A DNA stretch of 63,002 nt, the filler included, from Octopus bimaculoides (Eukaryota): the NCBI RefSeq assembly GCF_001194135.2. It is 8 parts of 7 records of this genome, joined end to end, with 100 filler letters (N's around TTAATTAATTAA, not from the genome) between each part and the next. Parts side by side here need not be neighbours in the genome. Positions count along the whole stretch, not along the records: positions 42,041 to 57,236 come from NC_068984.1; positions 57,337 to 60,100 come from NC_068984.1; positions 60,201 to 63,002 come from NW_026431138.1; 5 more parts are not named here. One strand, 5' to 3'. The translations under genes were made by a program, and so were the position numbers. Below, one piece after another: positions 51,375 through 63,002 of this stretch. The notes under the pieces were generated by a model. That model made no database searches. It was not told where the DNA came from and saw only the letters and a program-made list of their open reading frames with translations. Within the stretch, counting starts at the first letter, position 1; every line of letters begins with the position of its first letter.

Positions 51375-53064
51375 TGCATAGCGTATTCATTGACTGATTG
51401 CGTTTACGGTCTGTTAGATTCCTGTGAACTTCAAAATATTATCCGTTTGTCTTAGTGAATCGTTTTTAATTTACAACATAATGCAAAGAACAAACATTGA
51501 CTTGTCATGATGCGATGAATACTATATGATGCGTACCGACATGTTTATTGGCTCAAAGTAGTTTCAACAATCACTTCGTCTAATTGTAAACATGGATGCA
51601 GTATGAATTTCATTTCACGTTTACACACGTCCATAATCTCTTCTTTTTTTTTTACTTTGATTTCTTTTTTGCTTTCCCAATGACTGATAATTTGGACGGA
51701 AGAATTTAATCTAAAAGGCTGTTTTGTAACGAGGAGTATAATCCCGAGAATATATGTTGATAACTGAAGCGAAAAACATTTTTTGTAAGAGCAGAACTTG
51801 TGAGAAAATATGATCAGTGTTACCGGTCCAAAAAAAAAAAAGAAATTGTTTTGTGTATGCATTTGTTTACTCACTTGTTTCAGTCATTTGACTGTGGCCA
51901 TGCTGGAGCAACGCCTTTAGTCGAGCAAATCGACCCCAGAACTTATTCTTTGGAAGCCTAGTGCTTATTCTATCGGCCTTCTTTTGGCGAACCGCTAAGT
52001 TACAGGGACGTAGACACACCAGCATCGGTTGTCAAGCGATGGTGGGGGGACAAACACAGACACACAAACATATACACACATATATATATACATATATACG
52101 ACGGGCTTCTTTCAGTTTCCGTCTACCAAATCTACTCACAAGGCTTTGGTCGGCCCGAAACTATAGTAGAAGACACTTGCCCAAGGTGTCACGCAGTGGG
52201 AATGAACCCAGAACCATGTGGTTAGTAAGCAAGCTACTTACCACACAGTCTGTACCAAAAAAAAAAAAGAAATTGTTTTGTGTATGCATTTGTTTGTTAA
52301 TTTTTAATTTTTTGAAACATCATGTTCGAAACAGTCATGATATTTTTATAGACAACAAAGTTTTATGAAGATATTTTTAAATTAGTGTCCACTTAAATTA
52401 CTGTCCACATAAAACAAAACAGCGGTTTCCACACTGCGATTTGGTGATCACGAAGTTAGTTCCAAAGATCTGTGAAACGTACTTACAATTTTAAAAGGCT
52501 ATCATCTTGGAGGCGTAATTGCTCAGTTACATATTATGACACGTTTGAGAAGCAGAAATGAGAAAGCGAATTCGTTGTTAGTTAACGAAATCAATAGATC
52601 TTTCATATAACCTGGGAGCGGAATTTATAGGAAAATTCATTTAATTAAAAGGGGTTTTTGCTACTCAAAAAGTTAGGAACCACTGAAATACAAGATCACC
52701 AAACAGCAGATGCTGCACAGTTCATAATTAGCCGTATCGAAAAGTGGGTTATTATCTGTAATTAATTAAGGAGATTGGAAACAAAACTTGACATCCGCAT
52801 GCCTTCCCTAAAGGTGTTAGCTATGAAAGAGACATGAAGGGAGTAGTAATACGGCAGCATTGGTAGAATGCCGGATAAAATGTTAATTAATAATTAATGC
52901 AGTCTCTTTACATTTCTGGTGTCGATTTTGTTTTTCGGTCCTCCTAAATCCAATAAAATAAGTTCCAATCATGAACTGGTGTTGGTAACATCGGCCTTTA
53001 CCCAACCATCCCTCAAAATTTCTGGCTCCCATTACGTCACTTTATCAATGAATGTGTGTGTGTG

Positions 53065-53099
<35 letters not shown>

Positions 53100-53407
53100 N
53101 NNNNNNNNNNNNNNNNNNNNNNNNNNNNNNNNNNNNNNNNNNNNNNNNNNNNNNNNNNNNNNNNNNNNNNNNNNNNNNNNNNNNNNNNNNNNNNNNNNNN
53201 NNNNNNNNNNNNNNNNNNNNNNNNNNNNNNNNNNNNNNNNNNNNNNNNNNNNNNNNNNNNNNNNNNNNNNNNNNNNNNNNNNNNNNNNNNNNNNNNNNNN
53301 NNNNNNNNNNNNNNNNNNNNNNNNNNNNNNNNNNNNNNNNNNNNNNNNNNNNNNNNNNNNNNNNNNNNNNNNNNNNNNNNNNNNNNNNNNNNNNNNNNNN
53401 NNNNNNN

Positions 53408-53577
53408 CATTCTCTTTTGGTGCCATATAATTTAACACGCTCACCGGTATAATTTCCACTTATTTCTTTTTTTAATTTTTCTAAAATTTTCGTTGCGTCT
53501 TTAGAAAAATAAAAAAAGAAATAAGTGGAAATTTTACTGCTGAGTGTGTTAAATTATAAGGCACCAAAAGAGAATGA
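53408..53577. repeat. Foldback palindrome with arms of about 78 bp (MITE-like)
   Basis: cattctcttttggtgcc.tataatttaacac..tttccacttatttcttttttt / aaaaaaagaaataagtggaaa..gtgttaaattata.ggcaccaaaagagaatg. Confidence 0.85.
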
Positions 53578-53663
53578 CTCACTCCAGACACAGCAGAATA
53601 TGTTTCAACACACGAACTCTCATAAAGAATCTTGCAAACCAAATCCCAAAACGAAATTATCAC

Positions 53664-53706
<43 letters not shown>

Positions 53707-53707
53707 G

Positions 53708-53763
<56 letters not shown>

Positions 53764-54884
53764 TGTTGTTGTTGTTGTTGTTGAATGTTTGGTTCTGTGG
53801 ATTGGAATCCCATTTCGCTCATGTTGGTTTCAACGAAAATGACAGCCGCTCCTGATGACATCAATAAGATCGAAACAGTTTTTTTCACCAGTATACAATC
53901 AAATAATAAATAAATAACAATAATACATGAACTGTGTACCTAAGAATGTGTCGCATTCAAATTGAATGTGTTTTCCTTTTATCTTTGAGAATACGTGGAA
54001 TGGGCATGTGTGCATGCCGGCGTCCATGCGTGCGTGCGTTCGTGCGTACGTGCGTGCGTGTGAGTGGACATGCATGCGTCCGTGCATCTGCACGCGTGTG
54101 TGCACGTCTATATAACCGTCCGGCCTTCCGCGCTTGTGTTTGTGCGTCCCGTTCGTCTGTCCGTCCTTCTGTGTGTGCATCCACAACCTCCATACGTGCA
54201 TGCGTCCGTGCATCCGCGCGCGTGTGCATGCGTCCGTCTGTCCGTGCGCGTATGTGTCTGTGTGTGTGTGTGTGTATATGTGTGCATAAAAAAGACAAAT
54301 TTCATTCTGTTATATAGTCCTGGCTAAATCCATTCCGTCTCAATTATATTTCCAATGTACTTGAGAAAAGCGTGAACGTGACAAATCGTATTTCTCCAAC
54401 ATTGAAAACTACATATTAATAATGCTGTTGTAAAGAAACAAATACTTTGGTCGCTTAATTTCTCGTTTTTCCTTCACTCCAACGTGGAGCAATGCAAACA
54501 TTTTGGCTAACGGATGTGAAAAGGGTTTTCTTCGGAGTTTCAATTTAATGGTGAATCCATTGAAAAATAATTACCAACTGATTCCTTTTGACCATGAATG
54601 GGATAAAATGGTTTCTTTCAAACATTGTTATTCATTTACAAATTTCTCATCTTATTTCCGAGTTTTCTTTTTTGTTTTGTTTTTGTTTTGTTTTTTTGTT
54701 TTTTGTTTTTTCAGAATAATTCGAGCATTATTAAGCTAATCTTTGCATTGCTTTGGGGTTTTTTGTTTTTTTTTTGTTGTTGTTTTTTAAGTCTCTTATA
54801 AAATACTCCATCACTTGAACTATCAACACTTCCAAAATATTTCAGAATATAGAAGAAAAAAAAAAGGCATTAAAAAGTCGTTGT

Positions 54885-55041
54885 CGTCATCATCTCCGTC
54901 ATCATTATTATCAACATCATCATCATCAATATCATCATCATCATCATCATTATCATCATCATCATCATCATCATCATTATCATTATCATCATCATCATAA
55001 TCATCATCATCGGTATCATCATCATCATCATCATCATCGAT

Positions 55042-55078
<37 letters not shown>

Positions 55079-55262
55079 CCATCATCATCGTCGTCGTTGT
55101 CGTCGTCGTCAATATCCTTATCATCATCACTATCATTATCATCATCAGAACCATCATCAATATCAGTATCATCATCATCATCATCATCATCGTTGTCGTC
55201 GTTGTCGTTTGTCAACAGCTACCAACATCATGGCCATCATCACCGTCGACCTCACCACCACC

Positions 55263-55294
<32 letters not shown>

Positions 55295-55300
55295 CATTGT
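54885..55300. repeat. Long degenerate (CAT)n/(CGT)n/(CAC)n trinucleotide tract
   Basis: Directly visible; produces the poly-D, poly-M, poly-S and poly-H pseudo-ORFs. Confidence 0.95.
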
Positions 55301-55776
55301 ATTTCATCACTACCATCACAACCACCTACAACAACAACAACAACAGCTACAAGTTTAGGCATTAAATGTATTAAAACGCACTTTATATATAACATCATTA
55401 GATGCTTTTTAACATGAAACAGATTTCGATGCATTTCTTTCGAACGGTCAAATTAAAGGATGCCGATAGGATAGCGATAGGATTCTTGTTGCACGCTAGA
55501 ACAATTATTGATCCGAGCAGCTTAATTCAATGAAAGGGTTTAATAATACGAAACAAGGCTATTATCACTAATAAACATATTGCAAGAACCGATAATGCAG
55601 ACAACCTAAACGATTTTCTGACAGCTTCGGTTGTCACTAACTATTAGTTTTGTCAGTAGGTGTCAAACAGAAATTTTGTCCACTACAGCATTTAACGATC
55701 GATCTCTTTGATTCAATGGATAATGAAATCGACTGCAACATTGCATGTTCTTGTATATAATATATAATACAATACG

Positions 55777-55837
<61 letters not shown>

Positions 55838-56430
55838 NNNNNNNNNNNNNNNNNNNNNNNNNNNNNNNNNNNNNNNNNNNNNNNNNNNNNNNNNNNNNNN
55901 NNNNNNNNNNNNNNNNNNNNNNNNNNNNNNNNNNNNNNNNNNNNNNNNNNNNNNNNNNNNNNNNNNNNNNNNNNNNNNNNNNNNNNNNNNNNNNNNNNNN
56001 NNNNNNNNNNNNNNNNNNNNNNNNNNNNNNNNNNNNNNNNNNNNNNNNNNNNNNNNNNNNNNNNNNNNNNNNNNNNNNNNNNNNNNNNNNNNNNNNNNNN
56101 NNNNNNNNNNNNNNNNNNNNNNNNNNNNNNNNNNNNNNNNNNNNNNNNNNNNNNNNNNNNNNNNNNNNNNNNNNNNNNNNNNNNNNNNNNNNNNNNNNNN
56201 NNNNNNNNNNNNNNNNNNNNNNNNNNNNNNNNNNNNNNNNNNNNNNNNNNNNNNNNNNNNNNNNNNNNNNNNNNNNNNNNNNNNNNNNNNNNNNNNNNNN
56301 NNNNNNNNNNNNNNNNNNNNNNNNNNNNNNNNNNNNNNNNNNNNNNNNNNNNNNNNNNNNNNNNNNNNNNNNNNNNNNNNNNNNNNNNNNNNNNNNNNNN
56401 NNNNNNNNNNNNNNNNNNNNNNNNNNNNNN

Positions 56431-56463
<33 letters not shown>

Positions 56464-56486
56464 GAAAGAGACAGATAGACAGACAT

Positions 56487-56535
<49 letters not shown>

Positions 56536-56600
56536 AAAATAGATATGTGTGTGAATACATAGATATGCACAAATATGAGTATTCGTACTGGGAGAGACAG

Positions 56601-56640
<40 letters not shown>

Positions 56641-59600
56641 GGGTGCACATAGACAGAAATACATAAACGTATATATACATGTTTTAATACGCATGTACAT
56701 ATATATATGTGTACATATACAGACACAACTATGAATGCTTATATATGTGTGTGTGCACGTGTGTGTGTACCTCTCTCTCTTTTTTTATCTTATATTCCAA
56801 TATCCTGGGATGAAAAAAACTACAGAAATATCAAACTATAAGGTAAAAGTCTAAACTACTAATTAGATTGTCTGCCTCAGTTTTCAGGCTGTTATCTTCT
56901 ACCTTGCATTTGCTTCGCTTTCTGAAACAGTTTTAACTTATTTCAAAACGCATCCTATAAACTATAATCTTCTCTCTCTCACTCGGTCTATCAATCTCTC
57001 TCTCTCTTTCTCTCTCTCTCCTTTTCTCACTTGCTCTATCATATATTCGAAACGGGGATGTTTCTATGTGGCCTGCTTGTTTGTTGCACCTTGTTTACCA
57101 GTTTTGTCCTTGTTCTTTTGCCACGTCATGTACCCAGTTATGTATCTATATGTACATGTGGATGAACGTATATACATACATGTACATATATATGCATATA
57201 CTCATATATTGTTTATATATATATATATATATATATNNNNNNNNNNNNNNNNNNNNNNNNNNNNNNNNNNNNNNNNNNNNTTAATTAATTAANNNNNNNN
57301 NNNNNNNNNNNNNNNNNNNNNNNNNNNNNNNNNNNNTATATATATATATATATGTATACATTTATGCGTGTCTTTATATCTGTGTTCCCTACCCATCGCT
57401 TGACAACCGATGTTGGTGTGTTAACGTCCCTGTTACTTAGCAGTTCTTTAGAAGAGACTGATAGATTAAGTACTAAGGTTACAAGGAATAAGTCCTGGGG
57501 TCAATTTCTCCGACTAAAAACCCCATTTAGGCGGTGCCCCAGCATGGCCGCACTCAAATGACTGAAACAAGTGAAAAATAAAAGAATGTACATTAAATTA
57601 GTAAGTTTTTTTTAGTATGCTTGTATGTGTGTGTGTATCCGTAGAAATGAGGTGTGAGTCTTTATATATATATCTGTGTATGAAGAAAGTATATCTTGGT
57701 AAGTACATACTTATCTTAGGGGTGTTTGTGCATGTGGTAGTTTGTGAGTGTGTTTGTGAGTCCGTATGTGGATTTTTTGTGTATGTGTGTGTGTGTGTGT
57801 GTGTAATTCTGTATGTATCCCTGTTTGTCTGAGTAGGAATTATTTCAATGCCTTGTAACTTAATTTCATTTACTAAACACACAAAATTACTAACAATCGG
57901 TCACGCTTTGCTACTTGATAAATTGCTCCAGAAATTTTGAAAAAATTCCAGATTTTGGCATGGAAACTAATTCTGAATCAGCAAACAGAAGATAGAAATA
58001 ACAAATTCTAGCGTAGTTTTAATGAGATAAGCTCATTTAATTTATTTGAGAAAGATATTTACTTCTCAGTAGAATACGTTGGCTGGTAAGATCGTTAGAA
58101 CACCGTACTAATATATATATATATATANNNNNNNNNNNNNNNNNNNNNNNNNNNNNNNNNNNNNNNNNNNNNNNNNNNNNNNNNNNNNNNNNNNNNNNNN
58201 NNNNNNNNNNNNNNNNNNNNNNNNNNNNNNNNNNNNNNNNNNNNNNNNNNNNNNNNNNNNNNNNNNNNNNNNNNNNNNNNNNNNNNNNNNNNNNNNNNNN
58301 NNNNNNNNNNNNNNNNNNNNNNNNNNNNNNNNNNNNNNNNNNNNNNNNNNNNNNNNNNNNNNNNNNNNNNNNNNNNNNNNNNNNNNNNNNNNNNNNNNNN
58401 NNNNNNNNNNNNNNNNNNNNNNNNNNNNNNNNNNNNNNNNNNNNNNNNNNNNNNNNNNNNNNNNNNNNNNNNNNNNNNNNNNNNNNNNNNNNNNNNNNNN
58501 NNNNNNNNNNNNNNNNNNNNNNNNNNNNNNNNNNNNNNNNNNNNNNNNNNNNNNNNNNNNNNNNNNNNNNNNNNNNNNNNNNNNNNNNNNNNNNNNNNNN
58601 NNNNNNNNNNNNNNNNNNNNNNNNNNNNNNNNNNNNNNNNNNNNNNNNNNNNNNNNNNNNNNNNNNNNNNNNNNNNNNNNNNNNNNNNNNNNNNNNNNNN
58701 NNNNNNNNNNNNNNNNNNNNNNNNNNNNNNNNNNNNNNNNNNNNNNNNNNNNNNNNNNNNNNNNNNNNNNNNNNNNNNNNNNNNNNNNNNNNNNNNNNNN
58801 NNNNNNNNNNNNNNGTGTATATAAGTGGTGAAGAAGTTTCCCGTTCCTTGTCTGTGAGTTCCAATGGTAGTCATATTTGGTCATTCCAAGCATAGAGCCT
58901 CTTTCTAATCATACACACCTCTCCTCCCGCCATCTATCCATTAATATTACAAACACATTCCCAAATTTTAATTCACACACACACAAAAAAACCCCTCGAT
59001 CAAACAACACTGTTTAAAGGCTCTATTTTGGGAGAAAATCAATTTAACTGGTACTTATTTTGTCGACCCAAGAAAAATGTAAGGTAAAGTTCACCCTCGA
59101 CGTAATTTGAACTTAAAGCGTAAAGGGCAGTAATTTAATACCTCAAAATATTTTCGCTCAACGCTCTGGCAGTTCTGCTAGTCTACCAGTTAAGCGACTG
59201 TCTTCTCCTACCTTGTATAATGGTAAGAACTTAATAATTAATAGGAATGAAGTTGGTAGAGAGGTTGGAACTTCGAAGTAGCTGATTAAAGGTCTTGTGA
59301 TATTTAGCTATGCACGTTTACGTCCAGAGTTCAGCCCTAACGAGTACTGATATTGTATTTAATTTTTACTGAGGCGATAAGAACCAGTTATGCAATAGAT
59401 ATGAATGTAGTGGGATTCTAGAATCAGTAGAGCAACGGACTAAACTCTTACAGAATTTGATTATGTCACTTTATGTTCTTTGGCTGGTAGACTTAATACA
59501 CGACACCGTGTAACACCCATCATCTGGTCTGTAGAGACCTTTATTTGAATTCACTTAATTACAAATGTTCGTGTTAGGCCTTCGACCCCAGAAAGAGTTT

Positions 59601-60001
59601 CCTTCTTATTGATATTCTCTAAGGCACAGTTAGAGAAAGTTATGGGCAATCCCTCCTCCTCTCACTAAGACACAAAACAACAGTTAAAGATCTCTCTGAG
59701 ATTGAATTTGATTTTTAATCGATTGTTCTTTCATACATAATATTCCAATCCTCAAGAAATTCATGACTTTGCACCAAATGAAGAATCAATAATGATGATA
59801 ATTTTTTTCTAATTTTGGCACAAGACTAGGGATTTAGAGAGAAGGGGATTTAGTCAATACCATTTTGACTTGTCCTCGGAGGAACGAAAGGCTAAGAAAT
59901 AAACTCCCTGCATCCTTTAAATTTTCAAAAGCCTATTGTCTTTGTTAGTTGTTACAATTGTTCAAAAATTGCAATGCCTCAATGTTTTGTCTATTTTTCA
60001 G

Positions 60002-60100
60002 ATTTTTCAAGCAAGCCATAATATTTTTAAAAGAATATGATTTCGATGGAATTGAATTATCGGTTAACAACCCAAAACTTGTGGACAAAAGTTCGTTATC
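60002..60100 (+). CDS. Exon of a glycoside hydrolase family 18 (chitinase-like) protein, runs into an assembly gap
   Basis: Acceptor ctatttttcag|, phase 2. Translates to FFKQAIIFLKEYDFDGIELSVNNPKLVDKSSL, which aligns with the GH18 consensus FxxSaixFLrxyxFDGlDlDwEYP. No other exons confidently located. Confidence 0.65.
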
Positions 60101-61509
60101 NNNNNNNNNNNNNNNNNNNNNNNNNNNNNNNNNNNNNNNNNNNNTTAATTAATTAANNNNNNNNNNNNNNNNNNNNNNNNNNNNNNNNNNNNNNNNNNNN
60201 AAAAAAAAAAAAAAATAAAAAAAAATCTTTTCCAGTTGGCTACCGCACACAGTTTGTGCTGTATAGTATATGTAAGGGAGGTTATCGCTCCCATCTCTAG
60301 CCTTACGTGATACTCACAGACCTAGGTTTCTGAATGGTTACCTGTCCTCAGTGTGAGACAGTCACCGGCTAGTGATGAGGGCTCTCTCCACCTTCAAATA
60401 CTATGTATCGTTTAAGCGACTCACATCGCTGATCTCGTAAAGAGAAAAACAACTTGATTTAAATCTCTGAGCGAGAGATATACAGTAACAGTACTAAATA
60501 GTAAAGTCTATTTGCCACCATAACGTAGCTGTCCTACACAAGGACGGTGTTACTGTTTTTTAGCCTCAGAAAAATATCTTTTCCAGTTGGCTACCCGACA
60601 CACAGTTTGTGCCCGTATAATATACGCATGGGAGGTCATATGTTCACTCACTCTTAAGAAAATGACCGCTCATAATTACAAAAATTTATAAGGAACCTCT
60701 CTCTCAGTCTAAAAGGGATTGTAGGTAGCAGCGCCAATAGTCGCCAGTCAAAATTTCCACATTTTATTTATCTATTGTTATTTACTTTTGATTGCTATTA
60801 ATTTGATATGTCTTTACTTTTCTATGATCTCTCTCCACTCGTTTTATAGAGGATAGATTTATTACCATTTATAAGCATTAACTGGAGAAACAACGTTAAG
60901 TCTCACCTTTTCAAGGTACGTGAATTACATTATCAAAATTCTGTTTAGATTGCAAGTTAACTGTATTTAATTTCTTTTCTCTAGACAAGGGGTTAAAATC
61001 TATCAACTTGAATTTACAGAGTATTTTAGTTTACAGAGACAATATCTATATATCGCCTGAGGAAACAACTAGATTCCATAATGCAGGAAAAAAGTTACAT
61101 AACCAAATCCCTGCAAGCCTAGAGAACTACGTTGCGTGGAAACACTTGTAGTGATAACAAATGAATGTCCACTTGTACCCCTTGTTGACATCACTGTATT
61201 CAATCTTGTGTGTATCTGTGTGTGAGCGTGCGCGCGTGCGTTTGCGTATGTTCACATATATTCATATATGTCTGTATTTGTGTGTGTATGTGTGTGTGTT
61301 TGTCCCGCTACCTCCCATCATCACTTGACAACCGATACTAGTGCGTTTATGTCCTCGTAGCATAACAGTTAGGCAAGAGAAACCGATGGAATAAGTACTA
61401 GGCTTACAAAGAATAAGACCTGGGGGCTGATTTACTCGACTAAAACCCTTTAAGGCGGCACCCCAGCATGGCCGCAGTCAAATGACTGGAACAAGTAAAA
61501 GAGTAAATG

Positions 61510-61541
<32 letters not shown>

Positions 61542-61931
61542 ACACACATACACAAACACCACACACGCACACACACAAACCACACACACACACTGGTGGC
61601 GAGCTGGCAGAAACGTTAGCACACCGGGCGAAATGCTTAGTGGTATTTCGTCTGCCGCTACGTTCTGAGTTCAAATTCCGCTGAGGTCGACTTTGCCTTT
61701 CATCCTTTCGGGGTCGATTAAATAAGTACCAGTTACGCACTGGGGTCGGTATAACCGACTTAATCCGTTTGTCTGTCCTTGTTTGTACCCTCTGTGTGTA
61801 GCCCCTTGTGGGTAGTAAAGAAGTAACACACACATATATATTGATAGAAACGACATCAAAAGAAAGAAAGAGACCTCGATATTATGTAAATAAAGGAATT
61901 TATCTGTAAAAATATGTGACACTTATTCTGT

Positions 61932-62006
61932 AGCCATGATAAAACTCCGAGTTTCGGATGCCGGGGTGGGAACCCACATCAACATCTCTTCAGTTATCCG
62001 GCCATT
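61932..62006 (-). ncRNA. Type I hammerhead-ribozyme-like motif, PLE-type
   Basis: Minus strand GATAA-CTGAAGA-GATG..CATC-C-GAAA-CTC(g)GAG-T-T-TTATC. Helix I GATAA/TTATC pairs perfectly. Confidence 0.6.
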
Positions 62007-62759
62007 GANNNNNNNNNNNNNNNNNNNNNNNNNNNNNNNNNNNNNNNNNNNNNNNNNNNNNNNNNNNNNNNNNNNNNNNNNNNNNNNNNNNNNNNNNNNN
62101 NNNNNNNNNNNNNNNNNNNNNNNNNNNNNNNNNNNNNNNNNNNNNNNNNNNNNNNNNNNNNNNNNNNNNNNNNNNNNNNNNNNNNNNNNNNNNNNNNNNN
62201 NNNNNNNNNNNNNNNNNNNNNNNNNNNNNNNNNNNNNNNNNNNNNNNNNNNNNNNNNNNNNNNNNNNNNNNNNNNNNNNNNNNNNNNNNNNNNNNNNNNN
62301 NNNNNNNNNNNNNNNNNNNNNNNNNNNNNNNNNNNNNNNNNNNNNNNNNNNNNNNNNNNNNNNNNNNNNNNNNNNNNNNNNNNNNNNNNNNNNNNNNNNN
62401 NNNNNNNNNNNNNNNNNNNNNNNNNNNNNNNNNNNNNNNNNNNNNNNNNNNNNNNNNNNNNNNNNNNNNNNNNNNNNNNNNNNNNNNNNNNNNNNNNNNN
62501 NNNNNNNNNNNNNNNNNNNNNNNNNNNNNNNNNNNNNNNNNNNNNNNNNNNNNNNNNNTATATATATTATATATACGTTTTAAAGGTATTCATTTACATA
62601 TTTCCTTCAACTACTTTACTTCTTTATTCTACCCTATTTTTTTTTATGCTAACATTGCGGATATTGATTCAAAACGAAATATCCTTCCTTTTTACTAACC
62701 ATACCAAGCTAATTTTATCCCCTCTAAGTCCTCCATGCATTCAGTGAGTTTGTGTGTAT

Positions 62760-62868
<109 letters not shown>

Positions 62869-63002
62869 TACAGAAACGGGACAAGAACACAAGACATCCA
62901 GACAATTAGATGAAACAAAAAAGGGACAACAAAATATCCAGACAGACGAAAGAAGGAAAACAAGGACAGATCATTCGGAGTTTTCTATCCTCAGTCGAGT
63001 TC

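Noticed and set aside
53960-54290. CpG-rich island-like stretch
   Set aside because: A degenerate (CGTG/CGTC)n tetranucleotide repeat, not a promoter signature.
54815-55417. Poly-Asp, poly-Met, poly-Ser and poly-His ORFs
   Set aside because: Open in most frames because of the (CAT)n tract; no splice or domain support.
57930-57990. Peptide ..ETNSESANRR that would fit just upstream of the GH18 exon
   Set aside because: No GT or GC donor at the required position, and an in-frame stop follows.
60850-61150. Two segments vaguely like M13 peptidase (INW..LF; ENYVAW)
   Set aside because: Splice phases are incompatible, there is a stop right after the motif, and the similarity is too weak.

Overview
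AT-rich, microsatellite-dense, gap-ridden animal genomic DNA. The (AT)n/(CA)n/(GATA)n/(ATT)n tracts, SINE families and C2H2 relic point to an octopus-like cephalopod (inference). Most listed ORFs are artefacts of microsatellites or N-runs. One clear host gene is present: TOM22 on the + strand, with coding exons at 27752-27991 and 29553-29636; exon 1 was not found. One exon of a GH18 chitinase-like gene lies at 60002-60100 and lacks the catalytic DxDxE residues. The rest is mobile-element debris: a 2.6 kb decayed piggyBac with both TIRs that abuts a C2H2 zinc-finger relic, Penelope-like GIY-YIG fragments, RTE, CR1-like and mariner fragments, tRNA-derived SINEs and many foldback palindromes. The most interesting unexplained signals are (i) several hammerhead-ribozyme-like motifs, including one with an intact core inside a ~306 bp direct-repeat-bounded unit upstream of TOM22 (retrozyme-like) and a near-complete one at 61932-62006, and (ii) a 415 bp T/Y-shaped nested palindrome at 24790-25204. 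All alignments were done by eye and none of the RNA activity claims has been tested.
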